Source of the DNA: Proteromonas lacertae
Lineage: Eukaryota
Direction: 5' to 3'
NCBI GenBank assembly: GCA_002245135.1
Contig: NGBS01000313.1
Location: forward strand, 1 to 64,000
Length of the DNA stretch: 64,000 nucleotides
In this document: positions 13,761 through 28,730 of the stretch, piece after piece
How positions within the stretch are numbered: position 1 is the first letter of the stretch
How the letters are laid out: each line of letters begins with the position of its first letter
Translations under genes and position numbers: made by a program
The notes under the pieces: model-generated
Seen by the model: only the letters and a program-made list of their open reading frames with translations
What the model was told of the DNA's origin: nothing
Databases searched by the model: none

Positions 13761-15682
13761 TTATTTGTTTTTAAGATGGTTTAAAAGACGTTTTCTCCTC
13801 TCCGAATCTTCTCTCCATTCTTTAATATACGGTAAAGAATAACTAATACAATAAAATAAAACTACAATAACTCCATATGCATATATCATATCAACCGACA
13901 GTAAACGTCCCCAAGTCATGGCTTCAGGGGAAATATACAACGACCACTCAGGAATCATCATTTGCTTAACAAATGACAACAATACAGCTTTTTCTCTCCA
14001 TCTTCTTGTCCCAACAGTCAGTTTAAATGCTTCTCTTCTTTGCAACTCATCAGTAATAAAATTTTCACCATAAACTTCAAACCTCCTAAACACATAAGCA
14101 TAAAAATCTGCAGTATCTCTCTATAAATAGAGAATATACAATAGATACATCTTCATCAGAATAATTATTCACTAAAGATTCAGCTTTCCTTACCATATTT
14201 TCACCAATCATTCTAATAACAAAATAAGGAACAATATATCTTTCTAAAAATGTAACAATTCCTAATCCAATCATTTCATCTTCAATTGTAAAATCAATTG
14301 GTTTTATATCCTCTTTTCCCCACTATATATATATATATATATATGCAATAAATATTAATCTATACATTTCTAAATTTATCTTCTTTATTAAAAAACTCAT
14401 TAACAATATTATACGCTTTATCTAAATATTTCTTTCCTTCTTCCTCCCTTCCAAGTTTAATCAATAAAATACCTAATTTCTTTAACGTAATAAAATCTTC
14501 AGGATCTTCTTCAATATTTTCAATTAATTCTTTTTCTTCTTTTTCATATTTTTTAGCTATATATATCATGAATAAATAATGAATATTATAATTATAATTA
14601 TACCATAATCACCTCCAGACATTTCAATCCATATATTATCATTCTCTTTCAATATATTCAACAAATAATCACCATCTGATTTACTTATACTAACACATGG
14701 TATATTAATATTTATTTGATTATTATTATTATTATTATTATCATTATAAATGATAGTAGTCATTGGCTCTAACACATCACTATTATCTATCACAATTAAT
14801 CCAGAAGCACCAACACTTTCAGCATTTTCAGCTTTAGTGATAAATGGACATTCTCCTCTTTTCATTATTATGATTTTACCATACAAATTATTATTATTAT
14901 TAATAATTTCACATCCATTAATTGGATTTGATAATATTATAGGTGATTTTAAAGAAATTAAAGTTTGAAATAATTGACCAAATTCACCAGATATACACTT
15001 TATTGATCTTTTATATTCCATTGGTTCAATAATGTTACATGTACCTGTATGAATTGAACTTAATTTTGGGGGATAATTTTCATTTGAAAATGTGGATGAT
15101 GATGATTCGGTTGAAATTGGTGAATTATTACCATTATTTGCATTAAATTGTTTATAAAATTTTGTTAGTTTTTCATATGTTTCTATTGGAAATATAGTTT
15201 CATCTGGCTTAAATTGTTCAATTGATAATGACTTTAATTTATTATAAAAAGAGTATAAGATTGAAATCTCCCATTTTATTGTATCATTCTTGTTCTCTAA
15301 TTTTAAATGATCTGATATTTCCAATGATAAATGTGTAAGATAGGCATCTTTTGAAGGAGTATTTCTCAAGGAATGACCTATTACATTTGTTAATTCCAAA
15401 TTAGATAATAAATCTAGATAATAATTCACACAATATCTCGTCTTATAAGAAAATCTATTCATTAGTAGAAATATAATAAATGTATATGAAATACATAAAC
15501 TTATATATATTGTAATATGGATATGACTCATTCTCTGCTCGTCGTATTAATACTCTACCTCTCCTTCTCACCCACACATAATCACTAATTAACTCATCAT
15601 ATTCACTAATATTTCCTGGTTTCAAGGGTATACATATCGGAAATACCAAGAATGTTATAATTACTAGTATTATCAAATCCAT
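13761..15682 (-). CDS. Signal-peptide protein with PA (protease-associated) domain, TPR-like repeat and C-terminal TM segment
   Basis: GKIIIMKRGECPFITKAENAESVGASGLIVIDN is a PA motif; TPR-like LKKLGILLIKLGREEEGKKYLDKA; ORFs are joined by short introns. Confidence 0.6.
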
Positions 15683-15844
15683 ATTCAAGAAAACAAAGAT
15701 TCTTTGATAAAAATGATTTGAGGTAATCAAGCCTGTATATTTAATTCTGTCATGTAAATGATTAAATAGAATATATTTAAAAACCAAAACATACAAATGA
15801 GATATATGATATATAATATAATAAATCTAATGTTTTAAATCAAA

Positions 15845-17900
15845 TCAAAATAGTTTAAACTTGGATGATCTTGTTCTAGCATACAATGGATCATGAGTTT
15901 CACTACTATTATTCGGTTTTCTATCACCTGCTTCGTTACTAGCACTATAACTCCTCATTTGGTAAACACCACTATTACGAGGATTGTTCATGCTATTGTT
16001 GTTCTTTACACTGTTATTGCTGCTACTTGCATCAGTGATATGAGATGAAGTAGTAGTAGTTATGGATTCATTTCCACTTCCATTATTACTTCCACCACTT
16101 CCACTTTCATTGCTTTCACCACTTCCACTACTTCTTGTACTTCTATCACTATTATTACCTTGATCATTATTTTCATAATCACCTGAACAAACTGAATCAT
16201 CTGAATATGGGAAGTATCTTTCATTATTATACCCACGAGGTGGACTAACTGGTTCTGAAACTGATCTTAATTGGAATTGAGGTATTGTTGTAGTGATGTA
16301 ACGAGGTAAATTAATTGCAGGTATTGGTTGTTGTTGTTGTTGTAATGGTTGAAGTTGTGGTGGTAGAGGATTTACATGCATCTGTTGTTGTTGCTGTTGT
16401 TGTTGTTGTTGTTGTTGTAATAACATTGATGAATCATAAACTGGCTGTATTAGTGGTTGGAGAGGTTGTTGTGGTTGATGTTGTTGTTGTTGTATCAACA
16501 TTGGAACCATCATACATCGGTTGTTGAATAGGCTGAATTGGTTGCTGTATTGGTTGTAGAGTCTGTCTTTGCTGTTGTTGTTGTTGTTGTTGTAACATAG
16601 GATGGATCAGTAACAGGATGTTGTAAATGTTGAATATTCATATTCATTCCATTATAATACTCATTATAATAACTACCATTTGGTTGATTGTTTACAACAC
16701 TATTACTTCCATTATTATATGGTGACATTGGTAAATATGATCTACCAGGAGATGCAGTACTAGTTGTTGTTGGTGGTGATGCATTATATACTGTTGGTGA
16801 ACCAACTGATAATGGAATGTTAGAATCTATTTCAGGAAGTATTTCATCATAATTAACATAATTATTAATCACTGGTAATCTTAAAGAAATTGGGTTTTGA
16901 ATTTGTCTTGTTCTTTGTTGTTGCTGCTGTAATTGAAGTTGTTGTAGTTGTTGTTGAATTTGTTGGTTTTGCAACTGCTGTTGTTGTTGTTGTTGTTGAT
17001 ACTGTAAATCAAATCCATTCAATCCCATTTCATTGACATTGCAATTGTTCATCATATATGGTACTGAAGTTAAACCACTCGGTGCACTACTACAGTTACT
17101 CATGGTTGGTGATGATTGCTCTCTTTTTTGTGCTGTTGATACTCGAATATTCCTTCCATATAAATTTCTACATATATATTATTAGTATAAAGAAGAATAT
17201 ATATATATATATATATATAGATATATAGTAAGAACTAAAAAACATATACATTTTATTTGTTTCCATTATTGCCCTTTCTGCTTCTCTTGGATCTCCGAAT
17301 TTCACAAAACCATATCCTCTTGACAGTCTGCTAGGTCGGATCAAGCATTACTTTGGCACTTATACATGTAGGATAATTACTAGCATAAAAATGAAATAGC
17401 ATAATATCAGTAACATGACTTGGCAAATCACCCACAAAGATAGACATATCAGGTGTATTTAACTTCAGACCAGGTGAGCCCCAATTCATACGGAATGTTT
17501 GAGCTGTGCCAGCTATTGGTATATTATAAAATGATCAATATGTAATTACATAATAATATATACGTATAATTTTTCCATTTAATTGCGATAAAGCCATAGC
17601 TGCATTATCGTGAGTGTCGAATTCGAGGAACGCATAACCTTTTTAATGAGATTTTAAAAAAATACCTGCTGAAATCCCTGCGTCTCTGTTAATAATGACC
17701 TTTGAATATTGAAAACCAGCTATGATTTATAATGGCTGTTATACGCGAAGATTCAAACATTCTGTTCAGATCATACTCGCTCCACGCCATTGGTAAGTCT
17801 CCTATCCACAACGTGTTGCCCTTGCTCACATCAGAACTATAATATAAGTAAATGTAAGATCAAAACAGACAAATTTCGAGTATCCCACTCCAAAATCCTA
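15845..17900 (-). CDS. Two-RRM RNA-binding protein (NAM8/RBP45/TRNAU1AP-like) with long Q/N/S-rich tail; 5' end uncertain
   Basis: Spliced exons give TLWIGDL, YAFLEF, FRMNWG, IFVGDL, SRGYGFVKF, GRNIRVSTA. Confidence 0.75.
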
Positions 17901-18341
17901 GAATATAATATACTTATTCATAAAAATAGAATGTGAAAATTTAAGATTTGTTTACCTGCCGAATGTTGAGAAATTCTATTAGAGAATAGAAGAAATTTTA
18001 TTGGTTTTTTATGAAAGAACTGGGGCTTTCATAAAATTTCGTTACAAACTCTATGGTATATATATTCTAAAATCTACACTCTTTTATAATATATTTTTAT
18101 GTATTTTTTAATTTATGTAAAGTAACTGTAACTATTACATTTGATCAAATAAATGAAGAGTGTGTTATTGGCTGTGCAATATAAGCTCGCATTACTGCTT
18201 TGATTATTGTTGTATATATTACGCTGTGCGACATAATCGCCTAGATTTAGCGACATGAGTTTTATTTGTCATCATTCATCATCATAACACACAATACAAT
18301 ATTTTAAAAATATTAACAAATATTATTTGCCATTAATATAT

Positions 18342-18668
18342 CTAATGACTCTCTTCTTTTGCTAATTGACCTTTTTTCTGACTCTCTAATAATTCACATC
18401 TTCTCTTCCAACTATATAGATCATAAATAATGGTTCAAAATTAGATAATATCATACTCTTTATATTGACACACTTCATAATGATGTCTTTCATGTTCGCA
18501 TTTCCATGGTAAATAGTAATTATTTCTTCTACATTGATTCAGTTTTATTAAAACATGAGCGCAATAATCTCTATATTGAACTGGTATATTATTTTCACGC
18601 ATTTCTGCATCAGTAGCAACCATTGTTGGCTTCTCTAGTTTTAATAGATCAATAAATATAATACCCAT
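18342..18668 (-). CDS. NDUFB7: NADH dehydrogenase complex I subunit B18
   Basis: MVATDAEM...IPVQYRDYCAHVLIKLNQCRRNNYYLPWKCEHERHHYEVCQY, twin CX9C; two introns. Confidence 0.92.
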
Positions 18669-18760
18669 ATTGAGAAAAATAGGATTTAAAAATTCAAGGT
18701 TTGTGAATTCAAGCTTGAGGCTCGAAAAATTATAACCATTTGTTTTTGGATTAAAATTCT

Positions 18761-20148
18761 ATGTCTACAGAAGAGGTATAAAGATATCACTGTTTATAAA
18801 TTCTAATAGGCAGATGTAGATGCATCTCAGACATATAGAAGTATCCTATTCAATATTTTATACTTTTAGCCACTTATGAGATTTATATTGGTAATTTAAG
18901 TCCAGATATAACTGAAGATGACATAGAATCCTTGTTTACTCCAGTAATTAAACCTATAGATGTAAGAATTAAAAAAAATCAAGATGGAGGAAGTAGAGGG
19001 TATGGATTTGTGACTTTTAATAATAAAGAAGAAGCTGACAAAATAATAGAGCAATTCAATAGATCAATAATGAAGGAAAGACCAATCGAATTAAAAAATG
19101 GCAAATCCAACAGTATATTATTCTTAGGAGGAATTCGTCGTAATTGGAAACCAGAGAGAATAACAGAATTAGTTAAAAACACCTTAGCTAATGTATACAA
19201 AGTGATATATGTAAGTGATGCTTCAGATGTTAATCAAAACAGAGGATATTGTTTTATTCGTTTTGATGATCGTGAAAGTGCAATAAGAGCATTGAACAGA
19301 ATAACAAGAGAAGATTTCTTACTAGGAGGACAAAGAGTTAAAGCGAATTGGGCTGATACTCAATCAGACTTTGAGTCAACAGATGGAGTAAATGTATATA
19401 TTTTATATTTTATATTTTATATATTTTCTAATAGAAAAGAGCATTGTACGTTTATCCAATAGATAATAACATCGATGAACAGAAATTGAATGATATTTTT
19501 AAAGACTATGGTGAAATAGAAGTGGTATTAGCTAGGAAATTGCCTCGATCTGTAAGACATGATTTTGCATTTATTAATTTCAAATATGAAGAAGATGCAT
19601 TGAAAGCCGTGAAAGATAGTAAAATCAAAAGGAAAGAATTCTTAGGTTTGAATGTAGAATTTGCTAGAAAAAGTGATAAAACAGCAAAAAATAATAGAAG
19701 GTTTATTAATCAGATGTATATGCCTCAACCTCCATTAGAACCACCACCACCACCACCACCTATCACAATAGAACAACAACAACAGATTATATCACCAACA
19801 TCAGAAGAATCTTCATCACCAGGAGGATCTTCAAACACTGAACAAACACAACAGTATGCTACACAACCACCTCCATCATCATCATCACCTTTACCCCCTC
19901 CAATGCCGTATATATACCCTAATGTAATGCCAAATCCATATTATTATGCGCCACCACCACCTGTACCTTCTCCATTCTATTCTTATCCAATAAATCCTAT
20001 GAATTCTTATGCTTATAAGACAAAATTGTGTAGACACTATATGAATGGAAATGAATGTAGCCATGGTGATGCTTGCACCTATGCACATGGTGAAAGGGAA
20101 TTAAGAAGATATCCTTTCAGAAATTATCCAATACCACCTCAAATGTAA
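18761..20148 (+). CDS. Three-RRM protein (hnRNP Q/R-like) with Pro-rich linker and C-terminal CCCH zinc finger
   Basis: RGYGFVTF, NRGYCFIRF, DFAFINF; YKTKLCRHYMNGNECSHGDACTYAHGERELR. Confidence 0.85.
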
Positions 20149-20326
20149 TACTTTTAAGTTAAAAAATAAAGTAATAGTAGGAAATAAGTTTTGTAAAAAG
20201 TATTGAACTGTATGAATATGATGTATTTGTTGAGATTCAAAAAAAATAAAAAATGGTTTTCACACATTTTCGAACACCGCAGCATAACCAATTTTAGTAA
20301 CGGAAAAGTAGATTAAAAATCTCATC

Positions 20327-20826
20327 ATGTATATCAGATTAAAACGTCAAAAAAATACAGTGTTTATGGATGTTGAAAGTACTTATAATATTGGTAGAAT
20401 AAAGATGAGACTGAAGAAAATACCTCTAGTTGAAGCTCCTGAGAATGTAGATGATATTAGAATTTATCATCCAAATGATACAGTATTGAAAATAGTATTT
20501 ATTATTGGAATAGACAAAACATTTAGAAGATAGAAGAACAATTGGCGATATATTAATTCAAAATGATGAAATCTTATATTATGCATTTAGAATGAGTATA
20601 TTTTTGAATTGTTTTTATATTAATTTTAGCTGAAGAAGAATTTGAACCAGTTTTAACAGCAGACGAAATGCCAACAGATGAAAATGGAACAAATACAAAT
20701 ACAGAAGAAGGCAAAGAAGGTGAGACTAAAGAGGGTGAAGGAGGTGAAGGGACAAAACAAGAAGAGAAAAAAGAAGAACTACCTGCAGCTGCTGCATCAG
20801 CACCAGCAGAAGAAAAGAAAGAATAA
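20327..20826 (+). CDS. Elongin B-like ubiquitin-like protein with acidic tail
   Basis: MYIRLKRQKNTVFMDVE resembles the Elongin B N-terminus; two short introns. Confidence 0.65.
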
Positions 20827-21070
20827 GATGTTTAATAATATTCATGATATTAGTTAGTTTTTCCTTCAAATACAAACAAATCAATATAATTTTCATTTAT
20901 TTTATTATTATGTTGTTTTATATATTGTTAAGATTTTTATTCATCAAATTTGATGTGTTTTTATTATAATTTCATCTGCTTTTTGAAATATGAACGTTAT
21001 TTTTTTGAAAAAGAGTTTGAATAGAGTTTGAACTGTATTTATATTTTTCTTATTTTTCATAGCTTCTTGT

Positions 21071-24000
21071 ATGCCTAAGAAGAAATTAAAGAAGAAAAAG
21101 TCATATTCAGTCGCTTTTAAAAACTTACAGCTTAAAAATAAAGTTATAACTGCTCAAGTCAATCAAGCAAGTACTTGGTTAGGAGAACAATTAGAAGTAT
21201 TATAAGAATTGTAATTAATTGTTAATAGAATTCTCATAAACATTTTGAAAAAATGGCTTATTCGTATATTCTAAATTATTATACTTATTTAGCGTCTATG
21301 GTAATATAGTACCTAATAGTGCTAATGTATAGTTATAATATTTTATACATTTCTGATAGGATACAGTCAGACCTTTAACATTAAATTCATCAACACCTGC
21401 AAGCATTCCTCCACTTCATTTAGGTCAAAGTTTAACTGTTCATAATTCAGTTAACCCAACACCATCGAATACAAATACCAGTAGTTTTTATACACAACAG
21501 GAATGGTTATCACCTCGATATAAACAAAATGTAGATCCACTTTCGTGTATATTATTATTATATATATATATAATATTATAATGTTACTAGTTGATGCAAT
21601 AAAACAAAAAATAATAGAATCATCCAGCCGTAAAGGTGAATCATTGTGGAATAATATATTAAACAAATATATAGCATTAGATGTTAATAGAAGTAGATCT
21701 ATAAGTAGAGATGATATATTCAATGTATTAGATGATTATGGTATTCATCTCAGTAGTGATGAAAAAGGAATATTATATAGTAAATACAGTGTAAGGAATA
21801 ATTATTATTTAATGAATTATGTTACTTTTTTACAGGATATTTGTCCTAATCCAATGTCATTGAATTTAGATCATATAAACAGTGCTAGAAGAACTTCACC
21901 ACGTTTAAATGATACTACTACATCATCATATAATTATAATAATAGTTATAACCCATATAATGATCCAAATTTGAAGAGAGATAAATATAATGATTTTACT
22001 ACTTTATCATCAACATCATTATCAGCAATGAATGATTTAAATAGAAGTCAATCAGTTCCTCCACCAACGAGATATAATGATACTAATAGCAGTAATTATA
22101 GACCATATAATGATCCATTAAATCCAAATGTGAATAATCCCAATATAAATATAAGTGATAATATTAGATATGGTAATTCATATAATACACCTTTACTTGT
22201 TCCAAATCCAATGTCTTCGTCATCATATATGCAACAATCAATACAGCCACCACCTCAATCATATTATACTAATAATTATCTTCCAAATTCATCATTATCA
22301 CAGTATAATTACACAAATCAATCAATAAATGATATTATTAAAAAGTTGAAACAATTGCATGATGATAATGTCTGGATAGGAATATCAATTGAAGGTTTAG
22401 AAAAGATATTAAGTAGTTCAAATAGACCAGATTTAAATGGAATAATACACTTATTTGGTTTACCATTAAATGAAAATGAAATACAACAGATTGTATCATA
22501 TTATCAAACCAAATTAAATGGTAATCCAATAGCCAAAAGAGATATTTATGAACTATTTGGAGATTTTGTTAGAGAAAGTGATTACAGTAAATTAAAACAA
22601 ACAAATATCGCTTTACAAAGAGAATTATCATCATTTGATAATCAATTCTTTGATGAAATTGAAGATTTAAAGTATAAATATAATCAACAAGTATTAAGAA
22701 CTCAGCAATTGGAAGATAGATTAATGACACTTTGTGAAAGAAATGGAATATCTCCAGCTTCCTTATTATCAAATTTACCTGGAACATCATCTGTAAATAA
22801 AGAAACAGAATGGCAACCTTCAAAGAAATTAGAGAAAATATTACATTTAACAAAATCAGGTAATTATATACCTGAATCTATTAGGAAATATTTAAATAGT
22901 AGAAATAATTCAGGTGAAATTGCGTTGGATAGATTATGGATACTATGTCAAGAGAATGATCCAATGCATACTCAATTAATAGATGTTAGAACATTTAAGT
23001 CTATTTTAAGATCATTATTACCTCCTTCATTGTTTATTGATAGTGATATTGAAAGATTAATAATTAAATTCACTATTCCTGCAACTAATAGTTTGAATTA
23101 TGTTAATTTATGTAATGAATTAAGAATTAAAGATATGTATACAACATTAGATTCTCCATTTATTCATGATTTACAATCAACAGGTGTTGGAAGTATTTCA
23201 TCACCAATACGTTCTGATACAAAGAACTATGTATTACCAGTATCACAATCTACAACTTCATTATACAATACAAACGCTATTCAACCACCACCACCAATAC
23301 AACAACAATATAATAACTTTTACCAATCTCAACCAGCATTAAATTATAATACACTGAATGGTAATGATCCTATAGCTTATATAAGAGATTTAATACATAC
23401 AGGTAGATGGCCAGGAATTGCTAAAAATGATATGATGAAGTATCTATCAAATATAAACAAAGAATTATATCAAAAATATGACATTAGAAGAATGATTGAT
23501 GAATTCCATGTTCCATTAAATGACAATGATAAGCCAAGAGCAATTATTGATTCATTTGGTACAAAAGATGTGTTGAGTTTAAGAGAGGTCTTAGATAAAT
23601 TTAATTGGTTAAATCCACAAATTGATTATTTATCTGCTGTTAATAATAATAGTGGTAGTAATGGAATGAGTGAAAAAGATAAAGAAGTATTAAATGAAGT
23701 TCATAAGTGTTTATTAGCTATGTCAGAGATAAATAATTGTCAATTTGATCCAAATAAAGCATTTTCACAAATTGATATTAATAAAGATAATCAAATAACA
23801 TTTGGTGAATTCGTTGAGTTTTTAAATAATTCTGGTTTTACATTATATAGAACACAAATGTTAGATTTGTTTAAATATATAGATAAATCAAAAAATGGAT
23901 ATATTTCAAGAAAAGAACTATGCGAATTCTTTGATAATGGATTCTTAAAAAGTGGTGATCCATTATCAGCTAGAGATTTATTAAGATATTGTATACATCG

Positions 24001-25071
24001 ATTAAGTATGCAGAGAAATGGAAATATTGATTTAAGACAATGTTTTATGAGATTTGATACAAATGGAAATGGAAAATTGTCACCTAAAGAATTTAGAAAT
24101 GCATTAAACCAACTTGGAATAAATATCAGTGAAGAAAGATTTAATGCATTACGAAATGATATTGGACATGATACTAAAGGTGATATTATTATAAATGATT
24201 TAATTGATTATTATAAAGGAACTTTGGATAATGTGAAAAAACAAGAAGCTGAATCAATGATAAGAAAGAAGTTGGAGAGAATGAGAGTGAGTGGTGATTA
24301 TAAATCAGTATTTAGAAGATTTGATAGAGATAATTCTAATTCAATATCCAAGAAAGAGTTTATAAAAATGGCTAAAGATGTTGGAGTTCAATTAGGAGAA
24401 GCAGATGTTCAGTATATTTATATTGTTTTTTATGTGTATATTTATAATAGATGGTTATTCTCAGAAATAGATTTAAATAATAATGGTAAAATAAGTTATT
24501 CAGAATTTCAAAACTTTTTACAAAAGAATAAAGATTATTCATTCTTATCTCCCACTGATGTTATTGAAATCATAATGACTAGAATATTAGAGAAGTTAAG
24601 AAAAGATCAAAATTTCTTAAAGAAGATGTTTTCACAGAGTGATATAGATAATAACAAGAAATTGAATAGACAAGAGTTTTACTTAATGTTAAGAAGAAAT
24701 ATTCAAATAACAGAGGAAGAATCGGATAAAGCATTTTCTAATTTTGATAAAAACAGAGATGGAACTTTGACACTATCTGAATTTAGAGAAGCTGTATTTG
24801 ATTCAAGGAAAGTATATTTTATTATTATTTATTTATTCAATAGAAACACAATGAAATGGTGAAATTATTGACTGATTTTAAAAGAGCTGATAGATCTAAT
24901 AGTGGTATGATTGGTAGAAAAGTATTTGTTGAGATATTGTCAAAGCATAGTACTAGGAAGAGTATGACGGAATTGGAGAATATAGCCACTCAATTTACTA
25001 GTGAAAGTGATGTAAAACAAGTGGATTACAGACAATTTATTAAATATAGTAATAGATTCTTATATCATTAA
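21071..25071 (+). CDS. Large multi-EF-hand calcium-binding protein
   Basis: Many EF-hand loops (DINKDNQITFGE, DKSKNGYISRKE, DTNGNGKLSPKE, DRDNSNSISKKE, DKNRDGTLTLSE). Confidence 0.85.
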
Positions 25072-25600
25072 TCATGTTAATTTTTTATTTTGATATTGTA
25101 AATGTTTATGAAAATAAAATGAACGATTGGTATATACACAATAAGAAAGACATTAAATGTCCTAATTTCACTATAAGCTTAATAATGGGACAAATATCTA
25201 ACATTAAATTAAACAATGCGAGTTTAAAATAACCAAGTATTCTCCCAACTATTTCCTAATAATCCTTCTTATAAGTTGATTTAAATATACGTATTTTTTG
25301 ATATAATTTAAGAAAATAGATTTTAAAAAACCAATATATATACTTATATTTAAAAAAAATCAAGAAATTTACAAATTACCTAAAATCAGGTAATTTTAAA
25401 AATAACTATACTATTATATAGTCCAACATTAAACTCATAATATGCCAAAATTTTATTTTTCAATTCCTTCTAGTTATTGAGAAAAATCACTTCAAAGTGT
25501 TACAACCTTTTTGTTTTATCAAAACATTTTCTGGAATAATTTCAAACACGAATTTGTTTTTTTCATTTTAAAAGTGAATTAGAGAGAAAACAGACTCAAA

Positions 25601-28600
25601 ATGACAAAAGAATGTATACAATGCTTGTAATTAGTGCATATATAGGTAAATTTGGCTTAAGGTTTATTCAGAAATCAATACAAGGTGCATTCACATGGTT
25701 CTTCTCAAATTTAGGAAGAGTATTATATAGCTTATACAGTTTTTATAGTTCACAGGTAAAAGACCATGGGTAACAATAGGTGTGTCGTTATTATTTGTAG
25801 TTGGTTTTGCATTTGGGTTTTTAAGGATGAATGATCTAACAGAAAGTGATACAATGAAACTGTATGTCCCGCAGTCAAGTAGAGGTTTTGATGGTCAAGA
25901 TGCTTATGATGCCGTATTTGGCAGTTCTACTAGTGATTTTTATTTGATTTTTCAAACTAAAGATAGTAAAGAACAACTATTTACACCTGAAAACTTAAAA
26001 GAAATAATGAATCTCGAAACAGCTATAAGGGAAACAGAAATGAGTGGAACTAAATATAATGATATATGTGCAAAGATCAGTATGGGAGCTTTAGGTGAAA
26101 GATGTCGAGAAATATCACCAGCATTATACTTTGATTATAATCCAAATGCTGTAGATTCAATACTTCAAGCTTATGGTAGTTTAGAGAATTATATTTGTAA
26201 ATCACAACTGATTCCAAGCTATTATATGTTTGGTAGTATTGAAGATCTAAGTGATGCTGCTTGTAGCACCAGTCAAGGTTTAACCTCTGCTAAAGCTATT
26301 CTAGTCACATTCAGTTCAATAGGTTCAGAAGATAAATCAGATCAAGTACACGATTGGCAAGATGATGTCAGAGATTTAATTGACAATAAGTTAGCAAGTC
26401 AATTAAAGAATTTAAAAGTGTATTACTATTGGGGCAATGGTGTAAATAATGAAGTAGTTAGAGGAATCACAGATGCAATTCCCAAAATTGCTATATCAAT
26501 TGCTATAGTAATTGTGTTTTTAATCTTAACAATGGGTGATTTTAAAGATTCTACTAAGTCTTTCAGTCTGTTAGGTGTATTCGCTGTATTATGTACTGTC
26601 TGTGGTATTGTATTAGGATTAGGTTTCTCATTAACTGTTGGTATTAAATGGACACCAACTTCAATTATTATTTCATTTTTAGTATTAGGAATGGGTGTGA
26701 ATAATGCAGTTTTATTACATTCTACATTTGAAAGACAAGATAAATCATTACCTGTGGAAGAGCAGAATGCAGCTGCATTAGGTGAAGCATCAATATTTAT
26801 TACATTAACATCAGCTACTACATTATTGTCATTCTTAAGTATATATTATTATTATTATTATATATATAGTGGGTATGAATACTGATTTCCCTGGTATTCG
26901 ATATTTCTGTGGTAGTAGTGCATTAGTTGTTTTTGCTTGTTATATATTGGTATTGACTTTATTCAATGGTATAATGATTATTGATTGGAAAAGATCATTG
27001 TCCAATAGAATGGATTGGTTATGCTGTATAGTTAAAAAACCATCAGATAATAATAATAATAATAATCAATCAGAGAATAAAGAAGGTTGGTTTTATCATT
27101 TCCTTGATACTTATGTTAGAAAGTTATATGAAAATAGAATATTTCAAATATGTGTAGTTGTTATATTCTTTGGTATTGCTGGTTTCTTTGTATATCAATG
27201 CACTAAGATTAACGTTGGTTTAAATACAGAAGATGTTGTGCCAGATGACTCGTATATTTTATAAATACTATTATTATTATTTCAAATAGATATGTATTAG
27301 ATTTTAGTCATCTCAAGAAACAACATTTTCCAACATTACAACCCAATATTCACATATTATTACCCAAATTAGATTATTATAAGAAAGATGTAAGAGAAAG
27401 GATTATTGAAATGACAAAAAAAGTACAACAAGTGCCTGGTGTAGATAAAACAAGAAGTACCAATATATGGGAAATGTTTAATGCACAACCAGGATTTACA
27501 GAAATCAATGATGAAGCAACCTATAAACCAGCATTAGCTGGATTTCTAGAAAAAGCAGCTGCTTTATCTGAACAATTAAAATTTGATGGGAATGGTAATA
27601 TTGAAGTAAGTGATGTATTATTATATCATACAATTGAAACTGAGGATGGTGGTTTTGCTGTAGATTCAATGAATGATGTAAGAGACACTATTGATTCATA
27701 TTCTGATTTAAAAGCTGTAGATTATTGTGATGAATATCCAATTTGGGATTCTAATAATGCAGTCAAGAAAGAAACGTGGATTAATCTTATACTATCAGCT
27801 GTTGCTGTAGTAATTGTATTGTTGTGTTTATTAACACCATGGACTGCAATTGTCGTATTGATAAATATTGCATTAATTGATATCTGTGTAGTTGGTTGGG
27901 TTCCTTCTCTTAATTTAGTATTAAACAGTGTTACTTGTTGTTGTTTAGTGTTATCAGTTGGTGTTGCTGTTGATTACAGTGCTCATATTGCCAATAGATT
28001 CATGTTATCAACAGGTACAAAGAGTGAAAGAGCTGGTAATAGTATTGTAGTTATGAGTGTGAATTTATTAAGTGGTGGTATTGCTTCTATATTAGGTATA
28101 TTTATGTTGGCATTTGCTAATGTTCCAACGAATAGAGTTTTCTTCCAAATGATGATCGGTGTGTTGATGTTTGGTATATTGTATGGTATGGTGAATTTAC
28201 CTTGTATGTTTGCATTGATTGGTGATAAAAGTATTAATGAAAAGAACGATTCTGAGAATGATAAGAAGAAGAAAGATGAGATTGAAATGATTGAAGAGAA
28301 TAGAAAGAAAAGTGATAATAATAGAAGTAGTGGTGAAATTGGATTGATGAGAGATTCTGCTAAAGTTGTACCTGTTACTGTTGAAGAGAATGAAAAACAG
28401 AATCAACCTGCTGCTGAAATAGTGAATTTACCAAATGCTGTTGAAGATCATTCTGATGATAATAATAAGAATGAAGAAAAGAGAGAAGAAGAAGAAGTAA
28501 TAAAAGAGAATAAAGAACCAGAGCAACAGAATCAACAAGAAGAAGTTAAAGCAGATGATGTTGTAGATGAAAATAAAGAGGAAGTAAAAGTAGAGGAAAA

Positions 28601-28625
28601 TGAAGAAAAACAACAACAACAATAG
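25601..28625 (+). CDS. Patched/NPC1-family sterol-sensing-domain membrane protein
   Basis: FLVLGMGVNNA, SIFITLTSATT, SVGVAVDYSAHI, two bundles of TM segments with luminal loops. Confidence 0.88.
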
Positions 28626-28730
28626 ATTAATTAAAATATTAGTATAAATATGTTTTAAAAAACTTATATATACATTGAGTTATGTATTGAAAGTGTGTAA
28701 ATATAACTACAAACAATAATGAAAATCAAA

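Noticed and set aside
9954..16527. Overlapping or antisense ORFs rich in V, L or N (for example 9954-10160, 10380-10583, 16315-16527)
   Set aside because: Shadow frames of CAA/AAT trinucleotide repeats in real genes
17198..17228. (TA)n tracts here and at about 585, 5715 and 14325
   Set aside because: Ordinary microsatellites inside AT-rich introns
18160..18291. Possible box C/D snoRNA (terminal GTGTTAT/ATAACAC stem, ATGATGA on the minus strand)
   Set aside because: No CTGA box D next to the 3' stem
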